Part shown: positions 27,185 through 42,364 of the stretch, in pieces | Position numbering within the stretch: the first letter of the stretch is position 1 | How the letters are laid out: each line of letters opens with the position of its first letter | Source: Chrysomallon squamiferum | Lineage: Eukaryota; Animalia; Mollusca | Reading direction: 5' to 3' | Assembly (NCBI GenBank): GCA_012295275.1 | Contig: CM022668.1 | Coordinates: 2,852,001 to 2,916,000, forward strand | DNA: 64,000 bases | Program-made: the position numbers and the translations under genes | Notes under the pieces: generated by a model | Told to the model about the DNA's origin: nothing | Databases searched by the model: none | Seen by the model: only the letters and a program-made list of their open reading frames with translations

Positions 27185-27716
27185 CAATAAATAATAAATT
27201 AATAAATAAATAAAACCAAATTTCCTATTTTAAACTTCAATATTATATAATTACATTATTTCATTTTTGAAGCCTATATTTAAATATACAAAGCCAGACT
27301 GATGTAAACTACTACTTATATTTAAAAAAACAAAAACAGCACACTATACAGGTTAAATGAATACTAAAGTAATAACAGATAGCCAAAAATAAAAATACAT
27401 ATACATATACATCTAGAATAGATAGATACATAAATGAATGATTGAATGAACAAATGAAAGGATGAATGAATATTAAGAGACACCTCAGCACAATGTTACA
27501 AGATAGAAAGATGGTAAAAGAGTAAAAAAAAATATAACTCAGACAAAAACAAAAACAAAAACATACTTTTTCTTCGTGTATGGACTAAAGTAAAAGAAAA
27601 AGAAATTAAAAAAAAAAAAAAAAAAAAAAATGTACATAAATTTATATAATTAATACACATTTATGTAATACCATGAGTTTATATCTTGATCTATATAATA
27701 TATATATATATATACA

Positions 27717-27771
<55 letters not shown>

Positions 27772-27799
27772 CCTCTCTATCTATCTATCTATCTATATA

Positions 27800-27836
<37 letters not shown>

Positions 27837-28451
27837 GACAATTCTATGAAATGAACATTACATTACATATTTAAACAATACTATAAAAATCAAACACATC
27901 AAACATTATCCTATTAATCTTCTAGTACCTACTTGGACAAACAGTATAAAAACCAGAAAACTTTAGTGTTTGAATTTTGAATAATAAACTAAAAAATACT
28001 GAGTTTTACTCTTTCACTGTTGACAACTGATTTGATCCCAGAGACTACTATTCCTAGTGCTTGACCCCTTAACTATTCTGACAGTAAAGCTTAAGTAAGT
28101 AAAATAAATAATTAATAAACTGAAGACAATTAGCATTGTTTAAACAACAAAATTATTGTTTAATATTTCTAAAGAAATAAAGCAATTGATCAAATAAAAA
28201 AGAAAAATCAAAAAGATATTTCAATAAAAACAAGAAGAAAGAAACAGAAAAGAAAGAGAAAAAAAATCAGAAAAGAATTAATAGTATTTCATTATTTTGT
28301 ACAATAAGGTTTTTAAAACTATTCTATTTTTAAATATTATTTGAAAATATTAACACAATAAAATAATTGAAAAAAGAGAGAAAAGAAAGCTAAACAGATG
28401 AACAATAAATTACTCTTTTCTTTCTACTTTAAAAACAAAATACTTCTTTTA

Positions 28452-28515
<64 letters not shown>

Positions 28516-28769
28516 TATAACAAAATAAATAAATAAGACAAAAAAAAAAAAAATGAATAACAATGTTTCTTTCAATCTTTTCCCAAAATAGTTTCACATG
28601 TTTAAACTTTTGTGTTTTTTATATTTGTTTTGACATAGGAAGATGTAGAATATAAGATATATTACACAGAAGACAAAAACTGTTTTTGTTTTAATATCTT
28701 ACAACTTGAAAACAACAGCCAAAATGTCTGACTGTCTTAAAAAGATGATCTTACTAAACAATAAAAATT

Positions 28770-28805
<36 letters not shown>

Positions 28806-28859
28806 AAAAAAGTTGAAAAAGTCAAATAATCAAAAGAATAAAAATAAAGTCTGAATATG

Positions 28860-28903
<44 letters not shown>

Positions 28904-29393
28904 TATTGATTTGTGTTGGTTTTTCACATTTATTATTTTCATTTAATGAAAAAAAACCAAGATTTTAAAACTATTTAATTTCTATATAGACATAGACAAA
29001 TAATACTAGATAAATTCATAAAGGAGATTCAACAAAGGTTTTATGTCTATAACAAGGAAACTAAAAGAATTTTAATATATAAAGAATTAACAAATCAATG
29101 TTTAAATGTTAAATATTGTTGAAAATGTTATGATTAATATATACACTTTGTAGGTGTTAATTATAAAAACATATAAAACACAAGCTTAATAAAACCCAGA
29201 ATTAAGTTTATCAATATATATATAAGACCTGTGATTCCCATTTATATGTGAAGTGAAACCATATTAAGCAAACAAGCAAGACAGTGCATACCAAAACCTT
29301 TAATTAATAGTTATAAGAGATGATTTATTAAAATTTTATATCCTGTGAAATGATTTAATGATTTAAAATGTATAAAATATATTAAAAGGTCAA

Positions 29394-29424
<31 letters not shown>

Positions 29425-29683
29425 GAAGGAATGAATGAATCAATGAATGAATGAAAAAATAAACACTAAATAAATAATAAATGAATGAAAGAATGAATAC
29501 ATATAAATAAATAAACAACAACACATTTTACAAAAAAAAAAAAAAAAAAAAATAAAAACAAAACTCAAATAATAAATTTCATATATATATATTCATATTT
29601 TATATTAGACAATACATAATAATATTTTATTATGTGACTGAAAGAAATTGACACACTGTGCAGAATGGCAGACACAAAAAGTA

Positions 29684-30059
29684 CAGTCAAACCTCATTTT
29701 AACAGAAAGAATCAAAACAATGTACAAAAGTGTCCTTTAAAGGCAGGTGGCTGCTTAATACAGTCTATTTTTGTATTATATTACTTAAGAGGCCTTTGTT
29801 TTAATACAAGTGGCTGCTTTTAAACAGGTCATTTTCAGTTGGTCTTTTTATTCAGGTTACTGTTTAATGCAGGTCATTTTTCGTAAACATGAAATTATTT
29901 GTGAAAATGAAAATGTCCTTAGTACAGAGGTGGCTGCTTAACATAGGAAAGTTTCTTCTGGACTAAATTATCTATTAAAAGAGGTGGTCTTTTAAAACAA
30001 GTTGTTTGTTAATACAGTTATCCAAATAACTGAGGTGTCCAGTAATGCAGGTTTGACTG
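29684..30059. mobile_element. 376-bp Tc1/mariner-pogo-type MITE with TA target-site duplication
   Basis: TA|CAGTCAAACCT...AGGTTTGACTG|TA (perfect 11-bp TIR starting CAGT, TA on both sides). Internal repeated motif (C)AGGTGGCTGCTTAA(T)ACAG. Confidence 0.9.
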
Positions 30060-30462
30060 TAATATATATATATATATCAGTAAAGAGAGATAATATATGC
30101 TGTATTACATATGTTAAATAAATCATGTTATTTTCTGCTAGAAGTATACCAGTTACCAAGAAGTGACAAAAAAAAAAAAAAAAAAAAGCACATCGTGAAA
30201 ATAAAGTCAAAGCACATTTGTTACAAAGAAAATGACATGTATATATATATATATCTATATTTATATAAGTAAAACCACTATTAATACTTGCTTTTTATAT
30301 TTTTTCCTTGTGATTGCAAGTACTCTGGAATGAAAGAAGTTTTAAACAAATTTAAACATTTATAAATGACAAAATGCACAAAATGCTCTCAGAGAAAAGC
30401 TTCTAATGTGGAAACATTCACAAAGTATGTATGACAGAAAGAAATTATTGTTATTATTATTA

Positions 30463-30497
<35 letters not shown>

Positions 30498-30699
30498 ATT
30501 ATTACTTTTATTATTACTATTATAATTATTATTGTTATTATTCTTTTCATTGATTTTCTGATTATTATAATTTTTACTATTATTTTTGTTTGTCTTATTA
30601 TTTATTTATTTATTTATTTGCTTTTTAAAATATCTAACTCTCAACTTACATTTTTACTGTAAAATTAGTTACATTCTGTTACATCATACAAATAATGAA

Positions 30700-30890
30700 A
30701 GAAGAAACCCACAAATGTCAACAATGGCCATGTTTTTTTTCAGTTAGCAGGAAGCAGTCTTTTATATAAACCTTCCCACATACTGGAATTGATTTATTAC
30801 TGCTAGCTTTTGAAAATGTAGTAGTAAACATTTGGCTGAGACAGGAAATTGCTCTGTGGGGTGGGGGGGGAGATGATATATTGACCTATC
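30700..30890 (-). mobile_element. Decayed SINE-like dispersed repeat
   Basis: ttagcaggaagcagtcttttatataaaccttcccaca core, followed by tttggctgagacaggaaattgctctgtggg. Confidence 0.6.
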
Positions 30891-32322
30891 AGGCCCCATT
30901 TTAATATTGTCACTGTTAAGATTTGTATTTAGTGATTTGAAAAACTAAACAAATGACGCAAAGTGAAAGAATCGATTGTCTAAGTTGTAATAAAACATTA
31001 AAGTTTTTTCCTAAAAACTTTTAAAATTAATTTCCTGATATTTTTTTACATACTTTGTGAATGTTCTACAATATGTAATATTCTTCTTTTGAGTCTGTAT
31101 AAAAAAACAACAACATGAAATACAAAGAAATAACAAACAAAAAATATTTAATTACTAAAAATGCACAATGCACAAATACTCATACACACATGAAATTTCA
31201 AACCAATATTTTTATTTTAACATGAAAAAATATATCTGAAAACTTAATAAAGTCATGAAAGATAAAAAAAAAACATGTATAAGAATATATGTCTATATGT
31301 GTGTATATTTGTATCAATATAACTGAAATAAGTAAAACTCAGACACTAAAATAATCATGCAATCTTGAGATCTAGAACAGAAAATCTTAAACAGATTTCA
31401 TCAAATATAATCTTCTCTCTCTCTGAACTACAAATAAAGCAGCTGCTCAAATATAATTAAACTTGTACAGTGAGGTCATGAACTATTGTTGCTCAGTATA
31501 CACAAATCAAATTAGCGTTATTTTGTCGTGCAGTATACATAATTAATTTCAAACAGAAATCACCTGCACATTTGTCATGTCTAGACAGTTTGTGACAAGG
31601 AAATTAAATAAAACCAAATCTGAGACAGTTGAAGACAGTCATAAAAGATGACATTTAAAAATATTTTAATTACTTGTAAAAAAAAAAAATAAAATATTTT
31701 TTTTTTTTTTTTTTTTTGTAATCTAAGACTTTTCTCATGTTATATTCTTTGGGCTCAAACATTTGAGTTTTAAATCCATGGAAATGTATTCAGAAATTAC
31801 TTTTTTTTTTTTTTATTAAAATATAAATAAATATTTGCAGTTTGTTTTTATTCATCTATTTATTTATACATTATTTTATTTTATTTTATTTTATTTTATT
31901 TTATTTTATTTTATTTTATTTTATATTATATTATATTATATTATATTATATTATATTATATTATATTTTGTAATGAATTGTATTGTTTTGCATTGTGTTG
32001 TATTGCTTATGAATTTATTTATGTATTTATTTATCTTTTTTTTTTATTATATATTTTATTATTTTGTTATATATAAATTAATTTCCACCTGCTTTTATTC
32101 TAAATACTACTACTGGTGAATTAACTTTATGAAATAAAATGTAACAGAAATCACATTAATTTAATTAAAATATGTCAGGAAATGCATGCACACACGCAAA
32201 CATAATTACTGTATATGCAAATTTTTGAATTATGTTAAAATTAAAACAGATATCTGTAAACACAGACACGAAGCTCTCCCAGTGTGAACTGGTTTGTATT
32301 ATAAATGTATAGGAGTTGTAAT

Positions 32323-32453
<131 letters not shown>

Positions 32454-33180
32454 TTCTCTCTCTCTCTGTAGCTGTCAGTCAATCTGTCTCTCTTTCTCTA
32501 TCTCTATCTCTCTGTCTGTCTCTATCTCTATCTCTATCTCTCTCTCTGTTTCTCTTATCTTTCACTTTCAGTCTTTTTTCTATCTCCCTCCCTCATTCTC
32601 TCACTTACTACCTCCTGTTTTTCTTTCTGTCTATTTTTTTACTCTATTGCCTTTCTCCCTCTTTCTATCTTTTTCTTGCCCATTCTCTGTTCCCTCCCTC
32701 CTTCCCTCTTTCTTTCTCTCTTTTTTTTCTCTCCTCCTCCCTTGTTCCCTCCCCCATTCCCCCCCCCTGCTTTTGGCTATAATACAAACTACTCTGTACT
32801 GTAGTAAGGCAACTGAAAATATTAACAGTTTAAAAAAAAACAAAAAAAACAACAACATTTGAACATCAGAGCAGAAATGGTATCATCCAAATACAGCATA
32901 AATCAAAATATTTTAGGATTTTTTTTACTGTTTAAAGTTAAAGAAAAAATCTTCAACATAAGCAAAAATATTTTGGCTAGTCGCCATAGCGATATCTTGA
33001 GTACAATGATAAAACATTTCACAGACAAATGTATGTATTTTCCAAACGCCTATCTTGTATATGTGTGTGTGTGTGTGTGTCTGTGTGTGAGCATGTGTCT
33101 CTGTGTGCATGTGTCTGTGTGTGTGTGTGCATGTGTCTGTGTGTGTGTGTGTATGTCTGTCTGTGTGTGAATGTGTGTGT

Positions 33181-33220
<40 letters not shown>

Positions 33221-33339
33221 CTTCACAGGTATCATGTATGCTACATTTTAGTATGAAATAATAAAATGTCAACCATTTCAAACAGATAAAAGTTGTGTGT
33301 GTCAGTGTGTATATATTTATATGTGACCCCCCCCACACA

Positions 33340-33341
33340 CA

Positions 33342-33386
<45 letters not shown>

Positions 33387-33505
33387 ACAGACATACAGAT
33401 ACAAACCTAATCAAACCATAGCAAAGTTCTATAATAACCATTTACTTGATTTACTGTCTATGAAAAGAACATTCGTCAAACTGCACACTTACATATCTAT
33501 ACACA

Positions 33506-33554
<49 letters not shown>

Positions 33555-33706
33555 TCACACACACTGACAGATGTACAGATACAAACCCAATCAAACCATA
33601 GCAAAGATCTATAATATCCATTTATATGGTTTACTGTCTATAAAACTACCTTCATCAAACTACACACTTACATATCTATACACACACTCACACTCACACA
33701 CACACA

Positions 33707-33747
<41 letters not shown>

Positions 33748-33852
33748 ACAGATGTACAGATACAAACCTAATCAAACCATAGCAAAGTTCTATAATAACC
33801 ATTTACTTGATTTACTGTCTATGAAAAGAACATTCATCAAACTGCACACTTG
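33340..33852. repeat. ~180-bp composite satellite (unique ~120 bp plus (CA)n), 3 copies
   Basis: cactgacaga..tacagatacaaacc.aatcaaaccatagcaaag... at about 33382, 33562 and 33743. Confidence 0.95.
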
Positions 33853-34640
33853 ACTCAAACGAAGCCAAACTATCAAGAAATGCAGACAAAGATTACCAAC
33901 ATAAAACACTGAACAAACAGGAAATTTTATAGCCCCATCATTACTACCAACATCCCAGATTTAGAAAAAGTTATTTTTCTGACAATATTATGAAGCAATT
34001 ATTGAATGTGGAGCATGATATAAAGATATCTGAACTAAACTGAACAAAATGTTATAAAAGAAGAAGTAATTTGTGACTGATAAATATGAAAATAATGTTT
34101 GTAACCTAATTTACTCTAACTTAATTTAGATTGGGAAATTAGGATAGGTTGAGAGTATATATCTATATATATATATATATAGATATATATAGATATATAA
34201 ACATATAATAACATAATTTGTGTCAGTATATAGAATTGTTACATTTCTGTCATACAATGAAAATTTAAGAAAAAGAAAAAGAAAGAAAGAAAGAAATGTT
34301 TGAAAATGATGGAAGAAATATTGGAAAAGAAGGAAGAATAAAACAAGTAAAAGAAAGAAAGAAAGAAACAAACAAACAAACAAAAAACAATTTCATAAAC
34401 TTGTGATGATTTGGGAATTAATTATAATGAATAAATCTGGGATTAACCTATTAATCGCCTTTCTTAATCTATCAAAAACAGATTATCATAAGACAGAAAT
34501 AAAAAAAAATCTAATATTATAATCTCAACGAAGAAAACAAATAAAATAATAAAGCATAAAATAAAAGTTTTGCACAACAATGTGAGAAACAGACCCCTGC
34601 AGATTTTTTGTTAGTAACTGAAGCACTTATCTATCAGTCA

Positions 34641-34815
34641 TCTGATCGACCAATCAGATTTCACATTACAAACAGAAATAACCAATTTAGTTCACGTTAC
34701 TAAGGTAATATTGTACTGGTTACCCGATTCACCAATCAGAAATCTTATTACATGGAATAGTTTGGTTTTCATAACTCTCACTACAGTACCTGGAGTTGGA
34801 GGTTTCCATGACAAC
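34641..34815. promoter_or_regulatory. Cluster of three CCAAT boxes and two RFX X-box-like palindromes
   Basis: CCAAT at 34650, 34682 and 34732; GTTACTAAGGTAAT at 34696-34709; GTTTCCATGACAAC at 34802-34815. Confidence 0.4.
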
Positions 34816-35024
34816 ACAATTTGGAACATTGTTTTGATTTTATGTTATCTGTCTGTGATTGTTAGGTAATTTTGTAATCACGTTTAAAGGGCTGTTACCA
34901 AAAAATTATTAGTGTAAGAAAGATTCTGTAGATCAGCAACTTCATAAAGAGCCAAGACATTTAAAAAAATGTTTTGTTATTATTATTATTATTATTATTA
35001 TTTATTATTATTATTGGTAGCAGC

Positions 35025-35058
<34 letters not shown>

Positions 35059-35966
35059 ATATCCTTGTTATTACTATTGCTATCATTATCATTATTGCAT
35101 TTAAAAATATATAAATATTAATGACATTTTATCTAAGAAAAAGAAACAAAATGAAAGGTCCAAAAGCTTCTTTAAGTTTTATATACATACATATATACAT
35201 ACATATATGTGTGTGTATGTATACATATATATATACATATATATATAAAACAATTTTAAAATCCTATTGAAAGAGAGACCAGCAGAAGATACAGAGCTAT
35301 AGAAAGACAGAGAAAGACAAAATGAATAAATTACACAAATAATAATAATAATAAAATTAATAATAAATAAATAAATAAACAAACTAACAAACAAACAAAC
35401 AGAAGAGCAGAGAAAGATGCAAGGACAGAAAACAGAAATAAACAAACGGACAAAATTCCGCACATGAGAATAAAAAACAAAAAAAAACAAAAAAACGTAC
35501 AACCACGATTAATTTCTCAAAAATTCGAAACTAATATATAATAAAAAGCTGTATCTCATGTCTTTAATTTGACATGAGAAAACACGTGCTGGTCTCTTTA
35601 ACAGAGGATATTAAAGCTTTGAGATCTTCTACCTGTGGTTTTTTATCTCCTGTAACACTGGAGTCTGGACCCTCGGTGTTTGAAAACCAAGACATGATGT
35701 ACCAGAAAAATTTGTACTTGATTAGATTTCAACTGTCAGAGAAAAGAAGCAGGAATATGATTTATTTCAGTCATTAATGATAATTTTTGACATTTCTAAA
35801 TTAAATCATAGGCAATAAATGATAACAGAGATGGGTTTTTTTTTCCCCTTTTTTTTTATAGCTTTACGTGGTTTTGATGTAGCAATATTAAGTATCGGGA
35901 GATTTTTTTGATTTTTTTTAAAAATATATATTTTTGATGTTTGTGTGGGTGTATGGGACAGACATT

Positions 35967-36438
<472 letters not shown>

Positions 36439-36484
36439 AATACTTAAGTGATTTATAAACACAGGTGCATATAGTATTGATTTT

Positions 36485-36582
36485 TTTTTCCATTCTAACT
36501 GCTACACTGATAAAGCCTTGGTGTCTATTTTTGCTGTCTATGGGTAGGATGACATACAAAAATAATCCACTGCTGATAACTG
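36485..36582 (+). mobile_element. Decayed SINE-like repeat, opposite orientation
   Basis: aaagccttggtgtctatttttgctgtctatgggtaggatgacatacaaaaataatccactgctgat is the reverse complement of the shared core. Confidence 0.55.
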
Positions 36583-37269
36583 ATGTTTAAATAATTAAAA
36601 AGGATTTGCTGTAATTATTGAGATGTTACTAAATATTAATAATATCTGTTTTATTTAATTAAAAAATTATATCTTCTAATTTAAAATTTAAAATGCTTTT
36701 TTCATTCATTATCTTAAAAAAAAAATTATTTAGTAGTCAGATTAATAAATAAAATAATTCTCCTGTACATTATAAATTATTAAAATAATAATTAAATATA
36801 TTTCAATCAAAAAAAAAAATAAAATAAAATAAAATAAAATAAAATATGATTAAATTCATCCTAGTGACAAATAAATGATTAAAATCATTGATGTCAAATG
36901 ATTAAATTAATTCTGCTGTCATGTAAGTGATTAAATAATGGATGAAATTTTTCTGGTTTTTGTCCCGGGAGAAATAAATTTGAGTAATTTGTTTTTCGAT
37001 GCATATTAATACCACAATATCGAAAATAAAAAAAACAAAAAAATAAATAAAATAAAAAATAAAAAATATAAAATAAAGTGTTTGGTGATTTTGTGAAAGA
37101 GATTCCAACCTCTGGGGTCTAATCTGTATGCCTGCTATCAGGCCCAGACCCTAGAAAAAAAAAGGGTGTGTTTTTCATCAGTTGAAGAAATGATTGAAAA
37201 TATTCTACAAAACAATCACACACATTTTTAATATGTGGTTAAGCTGCACTTTTACATGTAATTAAGAAC

Positions 37270-37346
37270 AGTGAAAATAATGTGGGTTACTCTTTTTCAA
37301 ACAGCATGAAATCTTTTTTCTATCTGTGCCTTCCCAAAGCAAGGAG
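37270..37346 (-). mobile_element. Decayed SINE-like repeat fragment
   Basis: gggttactctttttcaaacagcatgaaatcttttttctatctgtgccttcccaaagcaagg matches the shared core. Confidence 0.5.
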
Positions 37347-37461
37347 ATAAGTGCAAGAGTTGTTCTTATAGCCAAGTAATTGTTTTTGAAAATAAATAAA
37401 TAAATACTACTACTACTGCAACTACTACTACTACTACAGCTATTACTACTACTACAGCTAT

Positions 37462-37508
<47 letters not shown>

Positions 37509-37654
37509 ATAGCTAGTAACTTTTTTACTCATTTTCATTTCTTCTTCACTACTTCCATTATTCTTTCCTTTACTACTCTACTACTAATAATTGTTTTTTT
37601 TTCTCTTTTCTTTTTTTCTTCCCTTTCCTTCTCTCTCCTTGTTTTCCTCTCCTT

Positions 37655-37721
<67 letters not shown>

Positions 37722-37989
37722 CCTCTCATTCTCATTCCTACCCTCCCATCTCCCTCCCCCCTCCATTCCTTCCCCTCTCATTTCCCCCTATCTCCCCTAC
37801 TTCTTACCATCTATGATGAGAGTAAAATGGAGGGGAGAGAGATGTGTTAAGGAAAATGAGATAACGGCAGAAAGTGTGTGTGTAAGTAAATCTGATAAAA
37901 CCTCGCTGACTGCAGGTGGCAGATTCTGATTTGAAACGATACAGTATCACTTACAGTTCTGTCTGCAACACTGGGTTATGTAGAGAGAT

Positions 37990-38158
37990 AGATAAATAAG
38001 TAAACAGATAAATAATATAAATAAATAAAACACAATAAATATAATAAATAAATAAGAAAATGGAATAAATAAATAAAGTAACTAAAATACTATAAATAAA
38101 TAAATAAATAAATAAAAAATATAAATAAATAAATAAATAAACTAATAAGCAAATGGAA

Positions 38159-38197
<39 letters not shown>

Positions 38198-38395
38198 ACT
38201 AATAAAAATGGAATAAATAAATAAATAAATAAATAAATAAAATACATAAATAAATAAGAAAATGAAATAAATAAGCAAATGAATAAAATAATAAATAAGT
38301 AAATAAGGATGTGAATAAATAAATAAATAAATAAATAAAAATATAAATAAATAAATAAATAAGCAAATGAAAAACAAAAAACAAAGTAAATAAAT
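37990..38395. repeat. Degenerate (TAAA)n tract
   Basis: Direct observation. Confidence 0.9.
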
Positions 38396-38979
38396 TTGCA
38401 AAAGAAAGAAAGAAAGAAAGAAATATTTGTAATATTGGAGAAGGTTTGGGTTATAATGATTTGAATTCTTACATTATTTTATTTATTTATTTAAATAATA
38501 ATAATAACAATAATAATAATAATAATAATAACAACAATAACAACAACAACAACAACAACAACAACAATAACAGCAACAACAACAAAGATAGTTAACTATT
38601 AAGAAATCTTTCAGTGAAGACTAAATCAAGAACTGCTTCAGGTCTTTCTATGTGTGCACTTGAGAACTGAAAGCGTCTATCAACAAACAGCAAACTGCAG
38701 AGCACACTTTGTGTTTGCACAGCTAACTCGGACAAACAGACGTAGGCCACGTCCCAACACAGGTAAACTGGAGAAAGCGAGAGAGAGACACAAAGACAAA
38801 CAGACAATCTTGTGCCGTAGCAACGAGGTCGTCAATGAAGCCAATGTTGGGAAATTAGTTCTGAAGGTCTGGGTTCAAAATGGCTGCCAATGTTTTAAAA
38901 TTCCCACAAATGACAGAAGTAAAAGAGAAGAGAGTTTCAGAAATGAAATGTTGATAAAGGAATATGCATCTGCTCTCAG

Positions 38980-39313
38980 TATGAATCTAATCTACAGTTG
39001 TTTTCTCTATAAATCTGTTCTATGGTAATTCTCTATGTGAAACTAATCTACAGCAATTTTCTATTCAAACCTAATTTACAGTAATTCTCTATCTGAATTT
39101 GATCCACAGTAATTCTCTATCTGCACCTAATCTACAGCAATTCTAAGAAATTAATCTACAGCAAATCCATATCTGAACCTAATTTACAACAATTCTCTAC
39201 AAAAGAAAATAATCTACAGTAAAATTCTCCATCAGAACTTAATCTACATTTCTCTGAAACTAACATGCCAAAATATTCCACATGAAGCTAAAGCACAACA
39301 CACACAGACACAT

Positions 39314-39352
<39 letters not shown>

Positions 39353-39403
39353 AACACATAAACACACACATAAACACACACACACACACACATAAACACA
39401 TAA

Positions 39404-39438
<35 letters not shown>

Positions 39439-39501
39439 AACACACACACACACAGTCACACACAGTCACACAATCACACACAGACACAGACACACACACA
39501 G

Positions 39502-39589
<88 letters not shown>

Positions 39590-39660
39590 ACACAATATAA
39601 ACTCAATTCTCTATCTTAAACCAATCTACAACAATTCCCTATCTGAAATGAATCTACTGC
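38980..39660. repeat. ~29-bp degenerate minisatellite (aattctctatctgaacctaatctacag) interrupted by a 300-bp (CA)n tract
   Basis: Units at 38980-39260 resume at 39605-39660 after (CA)n at 39296-39594. Confidence 0.85.
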
Positions 39661-39936
39661 AAGTCTTCGCTCCAGGCTTCATGCACTGACTCTATCAGCC
39701 ATGTAACGCCAATTTGCTGGACAAACACAAATTATCCATAGCCTGTTAGAACTGTCATGTGTACAAGTGTTGGGGATGGGGGGTCTGTGTGTGGGTGGGG
39801 GGTCTGTTTGGGGGTGGGGGATCTGTGTGGGAGTGTGGGGGATCTGTGTCAGAAATAACAGACTGAAATAAAAATCAGTGACCACCAAGCTAAAATATTT
39901 TTGTTAAATACCAAGGAATTTGCAGTCTGCTTGTGA

Positions 39937-39972
<36 letters not shown>

Positions 39973-40129
39973 ATGAATAGTTTTGATATTTATAATTACA
40001 ATTATAGATAAATGTTGTACTTCGCTGAGTTCCTGAAGAGGAATGTGAATCTGGTATTTGTTAACATTTCTTTGAGAAATGAAACTGTTGATTCCAAAAA
40101 AACAAATATGTGTATGTGTGTGTGTTTGT

Positions 40130-40176
<47 letters not shown>

Positions 40177-40711
40177 TGTGTGTGTTTGTGTCTGTGTGTG
40201 TGTGTGTCTGTGTCTGTGTGTGTGTGTGTGTGTACGTGTGTGTGAATATATATGAAAAAAGGAGATAAATGCAGAGAACATGAAAATAAAGAGATAGGAC
40301 AAATCAGAAATGACAAAAACAATTTTTTTTCTTCAAAAAAATAATATAAAAATTTACAAAAGAAAGAAGAAAAAAAAAAAAATTAAGAAGAAAAGTACCA
40401 AAAAAAAAGAAGACTAAAAAAAAGTTAAGAAGAAGAAGAAAAAACAGATAAGAAAAGTACAAAAAAAAGAAGTCATTAAACTGGCAATATACTGGATCAA
40501 TAACCCTGAAAGAAATTGTTCAGTTCTGTGATGTTCACAAACACATTGTGACAGACTCACACACAGTTTGTGATGTTCAGTAAACGACTTTTCTCTTCCG
40601 CACAGATAACATCGGCAGATTGGTCTGGTGTCAGATTTACACACTCACACAATATTCCTCTCTCATTTCTGATTCCGATCTTGTCACACACTTTGAAATA
40701 AACTGTCTCTG

Positions 40712-40760
<49 letters not shown>

Positions 40761-40867
40761 TGTGCATGTAAATATATACATCAGCTAATAACATTCATGG
40801 AAATTTACATGTAGACACAGATATTAGTGTATAAAATAGCCATTTATACAGACAAATTGAAGTATTT

Positions 40868-40942
<75 letters not shown>

Positions 40943-41634
40943 CCACACACACACCCACACACACACACATTCTCACCAACATATTCAAGTGTATAATTCT
41001 CACACATGTTTAAATATGTATGACATTTTCTTTAATAGTCTGTGAACATGTGTTTATATTTATCAGTGTATAATCTGTGGTATTGTCATACCTTATCTGA
41101 TAAAACAAAACAAAATAAAATAAAATAAAATAAAATAAAATAAAATAAAGCAAATAAGTAAATAAATAAATAAAAACTAAAAATGAAAAAAAACTATAAA
41201 AATAAAGGCAATATCAGATATATATATTAAAATAATAATAATGATGATGGTAATAATAATAATAATGATGATAACAATGACACTGTAAAAGAAGAGACTA
41301 TATCTGATCTATAATGAATTCACAGACATGTTTGCAAGCGGATGTCTCCACTCTTTTCATGATTTCATGTTTCTGTGTTTACACAAGCAGCCTGTGTCCT
41401 CACAGTAAACTTTATAAAACTAAATCTCAGCACATTCTTCTGTGAGTCTAGTGTCACAGGACTCTGCCAGTTTAAAAACACCACTGTGTTTACTTGTGGC
41501 AGTTTTTAGTCTGTTGTTCATTTACAGTCTGAGGTTTTTATTCTAAAAATCATTTCCTCCATATTGCTCTTTCTTTGTCTCAGCTTTATCTGTTCATGTC
41601 TCTTTCTGTTTCTTCTCTTTGTCTTTATATATAA

Positions 41635-41721
<87 letters not shown>

Positions 41722-41725
41722 CCCT

Positions 41726-41796
<71 letters not shown>

Positions 41797-42063
41797 CTCA
41801 AACACACACACACACAAGCTATCTGAGCAGTTTGCCTGACTTGACCATTTTGTTTTATGTGTCCCAGTTTGATAAGTTAAACTCATACAAAGCAGAACAG
41901 TAAATTTATATTTCAATCACAAAATGTCAAGGAGAAGATGTTGAAGATGATGGCTGTTTGTAAACTGAAATGACTTTTGTTGTGGATTATGAAACTGAAG
42001 ATAATAATGACAGCTGAGAAACAATAAAGAATAAAGATCATTTACAGTGACTAATATAAATTG

Positions 42064-42108
<45 letters not shown>

Positions 42109-42364
42109 ACATACACATATTTAAATTAAAATTAAAAAATAATTATGTGAAAACATGGAATTTTACAAAAATAAAAATTTCAAACAGTGAAGATATAAAT
42201 TAAAAAAAATATAAACACACTGAAAATGATGATCAGTATGAACTGAAAATGATGATCAGTATGAACTGAAAATGATAAACTAGGAAAGGTAAGTGTCTAC
42301 TTGCAAACACAGAACAGCATCAAACACTGGATGGTAATTTAACTTGAACAACATGGCTGCCAAA

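Noticed and set aside
38654-39028. 124-aa plus-strand ORF
   Set aside because: Non-ATG start, no recognisable domain, and it runs into a minisatellite.
42283-42294. Perfect plus-strand donor AAG|GTAAGT
   Set aside because: The upstream sequence is a 23-bp tandem repeat and A-rich DNA with no good acceptor, so no exon could be defined.
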